Source: Pseudovirgaria hyperparasitica
Lineage: Eukaryota
DNA: 64,000 nt
Assembly: GCA_010093815.1 (NCBI GenBank)
Contig: ML996572.1
Strand: one strand, 5' to 3'
Shown: piece after piece, positions 12,701-26,099 of the stretch
Layout: each line of letters begins with the position of its first letter
Position numbering within the stretch: the stretch's first letter is position 1
The notes under the pieces: generated by a model
What the model was told of the DNA's origin: nothing
The model's database searches: none
Seen by the model: only the letters and a program-made list of their open reading frames with translations
Translations under genes and position numbers: made by a program

Positions 12701-15249
12701 TAAGAATAAGGATACCTAGGAACCAGCGGTATATATCTTAAGTTCTATAATAGCTACGATAAGTAAAAGATATAGAATAGTATATTATTAATATAAGTAT
12801 AGCGACGTCGCGGTTATCGTAAAAAGAAGAAGGATACCATAGAGAATAAAGTGCTAAACTAGGAAATCCAGACACGTACTAGGAAAACTCTATATAGTAG
12901 CCCTATAATTTAAGCGTTATATGGTTACTAGACGCGAAGAAAGCGTAAATAACTATTTTAGAAACGCGACGCGATATACTATAATAGAATAATATAGAGA
13001 AGTCTAGAATAGACTAATATAGACCATTATATATAAGAAAAACATAGGACTAAGAACCTAAAAAAAGGTACCCTACTATAGAATTAAACTCTTAATACGA
13101 AATATAAAAGGTTAGAGTATCTAAACCGATAACTACTAGACTACTAGTTTAGATGCTCTAATAGAATTTATAGAGATAAACTAATTTATATACGGTGCCC
13201 ATACTTAGGTAACTTAAGGAAAATTAGAATATAGAAACTAATAGTTATAAGCTAAGCGAGCGCACATATAATATCGTTAAGTTAAGAATTAAATTACTAG
13301 AAACTAGCCGACGGGTATCTAAACGGTCTAAAAAGGACTAAAATAGATAAGAGCTAGATATAGAACTAATATATAGAGCTAGGCATAGAGCTAATATATA
13401 GAGCTAGACTATAGAGCTAATATAGAGAGCTAAACCTATAGAGCTAGAACTATAGAGCTACTCCTCTATCTTATTATCTGTTCTAACCTCTAGTATAGTC
13501 CTCTCTAACTATATAATATAGTAGTAGAGGATGACGACCTTAGCCTCTAGAGTAATAACCCGATCCGTTAGAGCCTAGAGGGAAGAGCCTTAAGCGCCGG
13601 AGCGTAGCGACTAGGTCTAAAGTTAGCTAATACGATCTAGAATAATCTAGAAGGGAATATATACCCTCTTACGAGGCGACTTAGAGGGAGAAATAGTAGA
13701 CCTCTTATAAGATCTATTAGTAGCGCGAGACGGATAGAGGGGGATAGAGCGAATCCTCTCTACGGCCTCTATAGCTAGGATAGACTCCCTAGAATAGGTA
13801 GTCTAGACGCTAGGGATCTCGCGGCGGCTAGAAAAATTAATAGATGTTAAAAATAATTAATATACTTATAACTTATACTTTAATAACCTCTAGGAAGAGC
13901 TTATAGCGCTCCCTAAACTCCCTCTATATAGTAGATAGACGGCTATAAGGACCCCTAAGGGTCTCGCGGACGCGAAGGTCGTTATATATATCTTATATAT
14001 ATATAGGAATCTAAGAATATATTAGCGCGGACTACTTTAGATTATACTAGATTAAGATAGCCTATTATACTTACCTATAGATAAGTCTTACTAGTTATAG
14101 TATAGCGGCGGTAGCGGGTAGATAGAGTAAAGATAGGGCGTATAGACCCGTTACGGTTAGTAGAGTAGTAGCTAATACTAGAGTTAGAGCGAAAGAGATA
14201 TTTAGAGCCGGCCGTATAGCTCTTAATATACTTATAGTATATCGAACCGTAGTTTGCCGTTTTTCTATAGCGTAAACCACGACTACGTTTAGTATCCTTA
14301 GCGACCTAGGCCTTATTATTAGTAGACTAGGGTTTAGAGTAAATATTAAGGTCCTAAAAGGACCTAGAGTAACTAAATTAGTCTATATTAGACCGGAAGG
14401 AAGAGTAGTAAGGCGGCGGCGTGGGTAAGCGCGAGGGCTCGCGATTATTATCTATAACGAGATCTTCTTTATCCTCTAGAGGAGGTAGAGTAGATAGTAT
14501 ACGCTTTAGAGTAAGAGGAGAATCTACGACCACTTTATCTATAAGTTTAGTACTAGAATTACCTAGATTAGAGTAACTAGTAGCTATATTAGTAGTAGAG
14601 GTAGTAGTAGTAGTAGCCCTAGCTACTCTCTTCTCCGACTTAGAGCGCGCCTTTATACTACCATAATAGGTAGGCTTCTTAGCCGGCGTGGCCGGGGAGA
14701 AGGTAATACCTTTAGAGCGAGTCTTACGAGAGGAGGAGGTAGGCTTAGAGATAGGACTAGTATTAGATATCTATATATATATATTAGCTAGAGATCTAAG
14801 GAAGGAATATTCGTCTACCCTTAACGGCGATTAACGAAGCTAAATTAGTAACTATAATAACGCGAATAGGTTATATTAGACCGGTTCTAATAAGAATAGA
14901 CTACTATAGACCCTTCTAAACCTAAACTAGGGAAGATAGTATATAAATTAACGACTTACCTTAAGAGCGAGGTGGATATACTAGAGAATAAAATTAAAGG
15001 CGAGCGAAGCTAAATATATACTTAACTAAAGTAGTAATTATATGTCCTAGATAGTAGCTACGAAGTAAGGGATAAGCGCGTATATAAACTAGTAAAAGTA
15101 AACTAGAATCTCGAGTTCACCTATATTAAGGATGGTTATAATATTATAGAAACTTAGTTACGGATATATAGGTATACGATAGATTATAGAGACTTAGGAT
15201 TATATATACTTAAGTACTTTAGGGCGAAGTATAAAAAGAAGAAGGATAT

Positions 15250-15487
15250 TATTAGGACGGGAACTATAATAGATCTATATAGACTATTCTAATCTATATA
15301 GCCACGTAGTAGCTAGAGCTAGGTTAAGTTAGCTAAGTTAAGCGAGGTTACTATATAAGTAGACCTCATAAACCGATTCCTACTTATTAGGAATCAACCT
15401 TGTATAAGAGTAAGATTACTCTATAAATACATTCCTATGTCTCTCTATGAACTATTAGACTACTATCCCACGTCTTTACTCTTTACA
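15250..15487 (+). repeat. 3' LTR of B copy 1 (238 bp)
   Basis: Follows the PPT, starts TATTAGG (RIP-ed TGTTAGG) and ends TTTACA. Matches the reverse complement of 17540-17777 and 25356-25593. Confidence 0.9.
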
Positions 15488-17539
15488 CTCGATAAGAACG
15501 GTGTCTAAAAGTATTAAATCCGTTGGAAGAACTATACTAAGAATAAGAACACCTAGGAACCTACGGTATATATCTTAAGCGCCGCGATAGCTATATATAA
15601 ATAGAGGTTATAGAATAATACGTTACTACTATAAACCTAGCACCGTCGGGGCCGTTATAAAAAGAAGAAGGATACCGTAGAGAATGAAGTATTGAATCAC
15701 GAATCCTAAACGCATACTAGGAAAACTCTATAAGGTAGCCCTATAATTTAAGTAATACACGGTTACTAAACACGAAGAAAACGTAAATAACCGTTATAGG
15801 CACGTAACGTAATATATTATAATAGAATAATATAGAGAAGTCTAGAATAGACTAATATAGACTATTATACACGAGAAGAATATAGGACTAAGAAACTAAA
15901 AAGGTACCCTACTACGGAATTAAACTCGTGATATATAATATAAAAGGTTAGAGTACCCGAACCAATAACCACTAGGCCACTAGTTTAGATACTCTAATAT
16001 AATTTAGAGAGATAAACTAATTTATATACGATACCTATACTTAAGTAACTTAAAGGAAATTAGAACCTAAAATTTAATAGTTATAGAATAAATAAGAACG
16101 TATATAATATTATTAAGTTAAGAATTAAATTACTAGAAAACTAGTAGATAGGTATCTAAATGGTCTAAAAAGGACTAAAACGGATAGAAACCAGGTAGAT
16201 AGAGCTAATACACACTATATAGAAACCCTAGCAAATAGAGCCATAGAGCTACTCCTCTATCTTATTATTACTCTTAGAGCGTAGCGAACGAACTAACTAA
16301 GTAATAGAGTAACGGAGGTTAGAGACCTTATCCTCTAGAGTAACCACGCGCTTAGTTAGAGCCTAGTAAGACGATAACTAAGCGCTAGAGCGGAGCGACT
16401 AGACCTAAAGTTAGCTAACGCGGTCTAGAATAATCTAGAATAGAATATATACCCTCTTATAAGGTAACTTAGAAGGAGAACTAGTAGACCTCTTACGAGA
16501 CCCGTTAGTAGTATAAGACGGGTAGAAAGGAATAGTACGAATCTCTTCTACGGCCTTAGTAGCTAAAACCGACTCCCTAGAATAGGTAGTCTAAGTACTA
16601 GGAATCTCGCAGCGACTAAAAATTATAAGCTAAGGTTAATAATAATTAACGGTTTCTAAACTTATACTTTAATAACCTCTAGGAAGAGCTTATAGCGCTC
16701 CCTAAACTCTCTATATATAGAAGCTAGATAATTACTAGAACTACCGAGAATCTCGCGGACGCGAAGATCGTTATATATATCTTATATATAAATAGAAACC
16801 TAAAAACGTATTAGTATAGATAACTTTAGATTACTCTAGACTAAAATAGTCTAATAGACTTACCTAAAGATAAACTTTACTAAGGACGGTATAGCGGTAG
16901 TAGCGGGTAGAGAGCTTAAAGATTAGGTATATAGGCCCGTCGCGGTTAGTAGAGTAGTAGCTAATACTAGAGTTAGAGCGGAAGAGATATTTAGAGCTAG
17001 TAGCGTGAGCCTTAATATACTTAAAGTATATTAAACTATAGTTTACCGTTTTCCTATAGCGTAAACCGCGACTACGTTTAGTATCTTCGGTAACCTAGGC
17101 CTTATTATTACTAGGGCTAGGTTTAGAGCGAATATTAAGGTTCTAAAAGAACCTAGAGTAACTAAGTCGGTCTATATTAGACTAAAAAGAGGAACGGCGT
17201 TTAGAGCGAGGCGGCGGAGGCGTAAACTCTCGATTATTATCTATAATAAGATCTTCTTTATCCTCTAAAGGAGGTAGAGTAGATAGATAGCGCGAGTAGA
17301 TATAGGTAGGCTTTATAGCTACCTCTTCCGTAATACTAGTACTAGGATTATCTAGATTAGAGCGACTAGTAGCTACGTTAGTAGTAATAGTAGTAGTAGT
17401 CTTAGCTACCTTCTTCTCTAACTTAGAGCGCGCCTTTATACTACTACGATAAGTGGATTTTTTAGCTAGTATAGCCGGGGTAGAGATAATCCCTTTAGAG
17501 CGAGTCTTACGAGAGAAGGAGGTAGACTTAGAAATAGAA

Positions 17540-17777
17540 TATAAAGAGTAAAGACGTAGGATAGTAGTCTAACAGTCTATAGAGAGACATAGGAATGTAT
17601 TTATAGAGTAATCTTACTCTTATACGAGGTTGATTTCTAACGAGTAGGAATCGGTTTATACGGTCTACTTATATAGTAACCTCGCTTAACTTAGCTAACT
17701 TAACCTAGCTCTAGCCACTACGTGGCTATATGGATTAGAATAGTCTATATAGATCTATTATAGTTCCCGTTCTAATA
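17540..17777 (-). repeat. 3' LTR of B copy 2
   Basis: 238-bp direct repeat of 25356-25593, with the PPT adjacent at ~17780-17794. Confidence 0.92.
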
Positions 17778-18256
17778 ATATCCTTCTTCTTTTTATACTT
17801 CGCCCCGAAGTACTTAAGTATATATAATTCTAAGTCTCTATAATCTATCGTATATCTATATATCCGTAACTAAGTTCCTATAACGTTATAACTATCCTTA
17901 ATATAGGTGAACTCGAGATTCTAGTTTACTTTTACTAGTTTATGTACACGCTTATCCCTTACTTTATAGCTACTACCTAGGATACGTAATCGCTACTTTA
18001 GTTAAGTATATATTTAGCTTCGCTTACCTTTGATTTTATTCTCTAGTATATCTACCTCGCTCTTAAGGTAAGTCGTTAATTTATATACTATCTTCCCTAG
18101 TTTAGGTTTAGAAGGGTCTATAGTAGTCTATTCTTATTAGAACCGGTCTAATATAACCTATTCGCGTTATTATAGTTACTAATTTAGCTTCGTTAATCGC
18201 CGTTAAGGGTAGACGAATATTCCTTCCTTAGATCTCTAGCTAATATATATATATAG

Positions 18257-19710
18257 ATATCTAATACTAGTCCTATCTCTAAGCCTACCTCCTTCTCTCG
18301 TAAGACTTACTCTAAAGGTATCGCCTTCTCCCCGGCTACGCCGGCTAAGAAGCCTATCTATTACGGTAGTACGAAGACGCGCTCTAAGTTAGAGAAGAGA
18401 GTAGCTAGGGCTACTACTACTACTACCTCTACTACTAATATAGCTACTAGTTACTCTAATCTAGATAATCCTAGTACTAAACTTATAGATAAAGTAGTCA
18501 TAGGTTCTCCTCTCGCTCTAAAGCGTATACTATCTACTCTACCTCCTCTAGAGGATAAAGAAGATCTTATTATAGATAATAATCGCGAGCCCTCGCGCTT
18601 ACCCACGCCGCCGTCTTACTACTCTTCCTTCCGGTCTAATATAGACTAATTTAGTCGCTCTAGGTCCTTTTAGGACCTTAATATTCGCTCTAAACCCTAG
18701 CCTACTAATAATAAGGCCTAGGTTACTAAGGATACTAAACGTGGTCACGGTTTACGCTATAGGAAAACGGCGAACTACGGTTTAATATACTATAAGTATA
18801 TTAAGGGCTATACGGCCGGCTCTAAATATCTCTTTCGCTCTAACTCTAGTATTAGCTACTACTCTACTAACCGTGATAGGCCTATACGCTCTATCTTTAC
18901 TCTATCTACCCGCTACCGCCGCTATACTATAACTAGTAAGACTTATCTATAGGTAAGTATAATAGGCTATCTTAATCTAGTATAATCTAAAGTAGTCCGC
19001 GCTAATATATTCTTAGATTTCTATATATATATAAGATATATATAACGATCTTCGTGTCCGTGAGACCCTCGGGGGTTCTTATAGCCGTCTACCTACTATA
19101 TAGAGGGAGTTTAGGGAGCGCTATAAGCTCTTCCTAGAGGTTATTAAAGTATAAGTTATAAGCACGTTAATTATTTTTAATACCTATTAATTTTTCTAGC
19201 CGCCGCGAGATCCCTAGCACCTAGGCTATCTATTCTAGGGAGTCTATCCTAGCTATAGAGGCCGTAGAGAGAATTTACTCTATCCCCCTCTATCCGTCTC
19301 GCGCTACTAACGGATCTTATAAGAGGTCTACTATTTCTCCCTCTAAGTCGCCTTATAAGAGGGTATATATTCCCTTCTAGATTATTCTAGATTATATTAG
19401 CTAACTTTAGATATAGTTACTACGCTCCGGCGCTTAAGGCTCTTCCCTCTAGGCTCTAACGGATCGGGTTATTACTCTAGAGGCTAAGGTCGTCGTCCTC
19501 CGCCGCTATATCATGCGGTTAGAGAGAACTATACTAGAGGTTAGGACGGATAATAAGATAGAGGAGTAGCTCTATAGTTCTAGCTCTATAGATTTAGCTC
19601 TCTATATTAGCTCTATAGTCTAGCTCTATATATTAGCTCTATACCTAGCTCTATATATTAGCTCTATACCTAGCTCTTATCCGTTTTAGTCCTTTTTAGA
19701 CCGTTTAGAT
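18257..19710 (+). pseudogene. RIP-inactivated spliced antisense accessory gene of element B (putative Zn-cluster-like protein); further copies on the minus strand at ~13320-14770 and in B'
   Basis: Introns GTAAGT..GCTAAT..TAG at 18068-18256 and 18953-19016, plus a probable one at 19149-19199. Exons are conserved and introns diverged between B and B'. Six conserved TAY codons at 18788-18946. The 3' end is approximate. Confidence 0.6.
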
Positions 19711-22700
19711 ACCCGTTAGCTAGTTTCTAGTAATTTAATTCTTAACTTAACGATATTATATATACGCTCGCTTAGCTTATAACTATTAGTTTCTATATTC
19801 TAATTTTCCTTAAGTTACCTAAGTATGGGCACCGTATATAAATTAGTTTATCTCTATAAATTCTATTAGAGCATCTAAACTAGTAGTCTAGTAGTTATCG
19901 GTTTAGATACTCTAACCTTTTATATTTCGTATTAAGAGTTTAATTCTATAGTAGGGTACCTTTTTTTAGGTTCTTAGTCCTATGTTTTTCTTATATATAA
20001 TGGTCTATATTAGTCTATTCTAGACTTCTCTATATTATTCTATTATAGTATATCGCGTCGCGTTTCTAAAATAGTTATTTACGCTTTCTTCGTGTCTAGT
20101 AACCATATAACGCTTAAATTATAGGGCTACTATATAGAGTTTTCCTAGTACGTGTCTGGATTTCCTAGTTTAGCACTTTATTCTCTATGGTATCCTTCTT
20201 CTTTTTACGATAACCGCGACGTCGCTATACTTATATTAATAATATACTATTCTATATCTTTTACTTATACGTAGCTATTATAGAACTTAAGATATATACC
20301 GCTGGTTCCTAGGTATCCTCGTCCTTAGTATAGTCCTTCTAACGGATTCTATATTTCTAAACGCCGTCTTTATTAATCCTATATTTAATAATATGGTCTA
20401 CTTTAAACACGTCTAGTCTATCTTAGGGTATAATAGAGTATAACTACACGTTCATGCGGCCATATATATTAGATCGAAATCTTTCGAGTAGTAAGATATG
20501 GAACACGTTATAGATTCTTATATCGCTTTCTAAGTCGAGCTCGTAGACTCTTATACTAATATAATATTTAATTCGGAAGGGACTAGCTATTTTATAATTA
20601 AGCTTCTTATTTACTCGCGATGTTCGTATATTATAGATATTAAGAAGGACCTCGTCGCCCTCCTTATACGTCTAATCCTTAGCTAATCTATTATAGTACT
20701 TTATATACGAGTCGTTTACTTATTAGATTATAGCGCGATAGTTACGTACGGTTTCGAAGATTTTAATTACTAATTTCTAAGCGTGGACGTTCACGTCTAT
20801 TATTCGATTAAATTAGACCGTCTAAGGCTTAAAACCTATCCTTAGACTACGTCCGAGGTTCGCCTAGAAAGGTATAATACCTATTATACTATAACGACTA
20901 TTATTATATACGAACTCTACTATACTTAGTAGGGAGGCCTAGTTATCCTACTCGAAATTATAGAATACGCGTAGGTAGGCCTCGAGCGTCTAGTTCTATC
21001 GCTCTATCTAGCTATCTATCTAAGGATAAAATACTATAGATATATTTCTATTTATACTTACTATTTTATAGAATAATATCTAGAATTTAGACGTGAAGGT
21101 ACTTCCTCGGTCTATAACGATCCTTTTTAGTATACTATGGACCTTAATAATCTCGTTCTAGAATACCTACGCTAGTTCTTTAGATATAATTATCTTCTAT
21201 ACCGGGATATACCTAGATATCTTTATAAGTCTATCTATAATAATAAGAATAGAATTATAACTTATTCTAAGTATCTCGCTTAGAGGTAAGTTAACTATAA
21301 AGTCTATAGTAACGTCTTCCTATATAAAGAGGGGGGCTAAAAGAGGCTATAAATTCCTATATAGCTTATGCCTAGGGGCCTTTATTCTTTGATAAATCGG
21401 ATAAGTAGCTATCTATTCTTTAACGTACTTAGGTATATCTTCCTAAAAATAGTACTAATAAATTAAGCTTAGGGTACGTATATACCTAAAGTATTCTACT
21501 AGGTTAGCGTTATAGTATCGGCTAACTATATTAAATCGCGCGTTACCCGTTAGTATATAGTACTTTCTATTATAGTAAAGTAAGCCGTCTATAAAGGTCT
21601 ACTTATAGTCTACTTTAGTCCGTAATAACCTATCTTACTATATTTTATATAACTTTAAAACTATTAGGTCTATCTTCTATAGATCTATAATTAACTAGGC
21701 GAGGTTAATTAGATATTTACGCTAGGTATTATCGCCCTTTCCGATAGCGCTAATAAACGGCCTACTAGGGACTTTAGTACCGCGTCTTTAGTTACCGGCT
21801 TCGGTCTTAGAGATTCGATTACCGGTATTAACGTTAGTATCTCGCTAATCGCCTAATAACTTAAAATCTAACCTTATCCTTAAGAGTTAGGCCTATAGCT
21901 ACTCTAGGACCCTATAGCTACTATAATCCTAGGCGCCTTCTTTATAGTTAGGTCTTCTTAACATTCTATTAGCTAGGTTTATACTTCTAGGTTAATAGTA
22001 GATTATAAAGTAAAAGTTCGTAAGCTACTTAGTCTATTAGACCTATTAATAGTTTAAAACCGTTATACTTATAAACCCCTTTAAGTTATAGTAATTAGTT
22101 AGTAACTTAATATTATACATAGTACCTTTAAGATAATATCGCTACTATTTAAACGACTCTACTATTACTAGTAGCTCTTAGTTATAGATAGTATATCTAG
22201 TCTTAATATCGACTATTTTACGTGAGAAGAACGTAACTAGATACTATTAGACCTTTTTAGACTTAGTTAGTCTAGGCTAGAAGAGAATACCTAAGATTAT
22301 AAATTCTAACGCGTCGGTTTCGACGCGGATAGGTTTAGTTAGGTTAAAGTATATTAGTAATAGGGTAGTTATAAATGCCTCTTTGATTTTCTCGAAGGAG
22401 GCCCTTTCGCCTTCCGATAATTCTATAGACTATAATTTAATATTACGCTATTTCTATCTACCACGGACCATAATAGACGAATCTATAGTAGTAGTACGCG
22501 TGTTAAGCGGTGCTACTAGCTAGGAGAAATACTTAATAAATTTTTAGTAGTAATTAGCGAATCCGATAAAGATATATATATCTCGAACCGATTTTAGTTT
22601 AGACTAGTCTATAATAGTAGCGACTCTATCCCTTTCTATAGTTATACCTTAATTAGTAATAATAAAGCTAAGGAAGTTAACGTGGTCCTAGTGGAACTCG

Positions 22701-25355
22701 TATTTAGATAGCTTAATATATAGCTTATATTTTTCTAGCCTATCTAGGACTATATATATATACTAGATATATTCTTCTTTGTTATTAGAGAAGATAAGAA
22801 TATTATTAAGGTATATAATACACGTCGTGTCGAGTAGACCTACTAGCGCGTTATTAATATACGCTTAGAAAGTTCCTAGCGCGTTAGTTAGTCTAAAAGG
22901 GACTACTATATACTTAAAGTATCTATAACGGGTCCGAAACGCCGTTTTCTACTTATCGCCCTTCTTAATATATAGACGGTAGTAGGCGTCGTGTAGATCG
23001 AGCTTAGTAAAGATCTTTACGCGCTCTAGTCTATTAATAGACTCGGAGATAAGAGATAGTAGGTAACGATTCTTTCGTGTAATATTATTTAGGCTATAGT
23101 AGTTAATATATAGATAGAGACTCCTATCCTTCTTCTTTATAAAGAGGATTAGAGCTCCGGCTAGAGATATACTAGGCCTAATCCATCCTCACGTAAGGTT
23201 CTTTTCGATATATTCTCGGAGGATCTATAGCTCGGGTTCTAATAGAGGGTATATAGGTCCGTATAGGGGTTATTAACTATCTTTAAGATTAATAGTAAGG
23301 TCGGTAGATTAGTATTAAGGTAATTTAGACGAGTCGATTGCTAACACGATATATTAGTATATTTTATACTAATATAGTAGGTTTTCGTCTACTTTAATAC
23401 TAAGCTCTCTATTTTAAGTAAGTAAGAGGATATAGATAGTAGAGATTACCTTTTCGTAGTCCTTCTAGAATTATTCGTCGTTAACTAGCTATACTAGGTT
23501 CTATTATAGTAGGTATATACGCTAGCCAGCTATTTTCTAGATAAAGTCTAGTTTCGGGTTATATTTTTCGAGCTATAGTATACCGAGGATCATGTCGAAG
23601 GGACTATCTACTATGATAAAGGTTAAGTAGTAGGGTTTCCACTTCCCCCCGCTGTCCTAGATACTATATTTAATAGTATAGGTACCCTATAATTTAATAG
23701 GACTATCAATACTATAGAAGGTAGTATCTATTAGTACTTAAATATTAATATTAAGTTCTCGTGCTTATTAAGTCGATATAACGTTAGTAGCTAAACCGCT
23801 ATTAAGTATTACGGTCTAATATTATCCACGAGGGACCTCGATAGGCCTAGCCTATAGTTTAATATACTAGTTAGCTAGTTATCCCTCTATTTTAGTTACG
23901 CCTATAAGTCGTAAGGGTTCCTTATAGATAGTTAGTTTTTTATATTATATACCGGGTAGTTAGGCGCGATATATCCTAGCTACTAGTACTTATAGTATAT
24001 AACTAACTTAGTATCTATATTAGTATTTGGTAGTTTCCCTAAGCGGTACTCGGGTGCTATATAGTCTATCCTACTATAGGTATAGTAGATGACTTTAGGT
24101 CGTTTATACGAGTCGTTTCTCGCGTCTTAATATATTAACTAGTAGAAAGATCCGTAGTACGGGCCTCGTCTTCTCGAGTTCGTAGAGTAGTAGTACCTAT
24201 AAGGTATTCCGCGCGATCTATTACTAAACCGGTCCTCTTTAGACGATTTCGTATTAGATTAGATTAATAGAGATAGTCGTGCGCCTATACGATATTAGTT
24301 ATTTATTATACGCTAGTATCGTTCTATAAGATTCGCGAGTACCTAAAGATTAGTAGAGATAGACGTTATAAGGTCGATACGTTCCTTTACGCTCGGGTTA
24401 AGGGACCTTTTAAAGTCGTCGTATTATTAAACTATATAATCTTCCTTAGCTTCTCTCTAAAGAGGTTAGAGGTATTTAAGGAGTTATAACGGGGATTATC
24501 TCTCTTACTATTAAGTCTTAAAGATATAGCTCTAAGTCTATTCGCGTCGCTCGGCTCTATCGCCGAAGTATTAAAGAAGGAATTCAGTGAACGTGTCCTA
24601 GTTATACGCATTCTTAGGGTATTTAATTCGATATACCATCTAACGTTTAGATAGCGTTAGGTCTAGGTAGTTCTATATAAACCTAATCTTATTACTATCG
24701 TTTATAAATAGGTAGAAGAATCGGCTATACTAGTAAGCCTATTTATAAAAGCTTCTCCTGGTTTTACCGTCGAAGTAAGGTAGTTTCTTAGGCTAAGGTA
24801 ACTAGAATAGTAATAGACTTAGTTAGACTATTTTAGCTTAAGTTAGTCTATATTAGTATAGGTTAGTTACTACTAGTACTAAAGCGCGTAGTACGGCTTC
24901 GAGTCTAGCGGTTCGTTCTTATGCTTTATCGAGTTTATAAAGTTACTACTTAAGCTAAGTCTAACGCTACCTCTCCGCGTGTAGCTTAGTATATATATCG
25001 TTATAAGGCGTAGTTAATATTAGTTAGTTCTAACGAATTAATTCATTAACGTTAATAGGGTCTAGTCTTATAGTAAGGATAGGTCTAGTATAGTATAAAC
25101 TAGACCGCGATAGAGTATAATAGACTCCTTCCTTATTATTTAGGTAATCTTCTACGGTTATACGGAATACCGTACTAGTTATTAGTATGATAGCCTATAG
25201 AGTATGCTTATTAGTAGAGGTAGTCGTAGGGAGACTATTCTCTTCGTTTAGATTTAGAGAGAGTCTCTTATATAAGGTAGTACCACGGGTATTATAGCGC
25301 GTAGTAGGAGCTATCTCTATAAGCTACCGTCGTGCTATATAGAGAGGAATTAAAA

Positions 25356-25593
25356 TATAAAGAGTAAAGACGTGGGATAGTAGTCTAATAGTTTATAGAG
25401 AGACATAGGAATATATTTATAGAGTAATCTTACTCTTATACGAGGTTGATTTCTAACGAGTAGGAATCGGTTTATATGGTCTACTTATATAGTAACCTCG
25501 CTTAACTTAGCTAACTTAACCTAGCTCTGGCCACTACGTGGCTACATGGATTAGAATAGTCTATATAGGTCTATTATGGTTCCCGTCCTAACA
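25356..25593 (-). repeat. 5' LTR of B copy 2
   Basis: Intact TGTTAGGACGGG start on the minus strand at 25593, flanked by TSD TAGAA. Confidence 0.92.
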
Positions 25594-26099
25594 TAGAACT
25601 AGTATTAGATATCTATATATATATATTAGCTAGAGATCTAAGAGTAGAATACTTATTTAGCCGTAAAGGCGATTAAAGAAGCTAAATTAGTAACCATAAT
25701 AACGCGAATAGATTATATAGGACTAGCTCTAATAAAAATAGACTACTCTAGACCCGAACGGATCTAAACTAAAGAAGATAGTATATAAATTAATAACTTA
25801 CCTTAAGAGTAAGGTAGATATACTAGAGAAGAAAATTTAGAATAAGAGAACTAAATATAAGCTTAGTTAATATAGCGGTTATATAACCCGTAGAGCTACC
25901 TCTAAGGTAGTAGCTATAAAGTAAGGGATAAGCATGTATATAAATAAAAGTGAACTAGAGCTTAAGTTTACTAATATAAAGACTATCGATAACGTTATAT
26001 GGATTTAATTAGATACGTATATAAATATAACGCTTATAGAATTACGGATTTATATATAGCTAAGTACTTCGGGGCGAAGTATAAAAAGAAGAAGGATAT

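Larger units (their letters stand above)
9341..15487 (+). mobile_element. RIP-degraded Ty3/Gypsy chromovirus 'B', copy 1 (RT to 3' LTR); 5' part displaced by element A
   Basis: RT (FIKKKDRSLRL ~9885-9915; VYLNNI ~10212-10229), RNase H, integrase, chromodomain (~12615-12760), PPT AAAAAGAAGAAGGA and LTR 15250-15487. It is the reverse complement of 17540-23586 apart from transitions. Confidence 0.92.
17540..25593 (-). mobile_element. Full-length RIP-degraded Ty3/Gypsy chromovirus 'B', copy 2 (8,054 bp)
   Basis: LTRs at 17540-17777 and 25356-25593. 5-bp TSD TAGAA at 17535-17539 and 25594-25598. Minus strand carries gag (~23940-25320), PR, RT, RNase H, integrase and chromodomain. Confidence 0.95.

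Noticed and set aside
13350..13460. Short TAGAGCTA-type tandem repeats (mirrored at ~19565-19675) resembling an array
   Set aside because: Irregular 12-18 bp low-complexity units at the end of the antisense gene, with no unique spacers. Not CRISPR in this eukaryotic context.
4406..14280. Short ORF-track entries in the AT-rich block (4406-4588, 7863-8072, 10481-10741, 14095-14280)
   Set aside because: Stop-free remnants or shadow frames of RIP-ed retrotransposon sequence, not independent genes.
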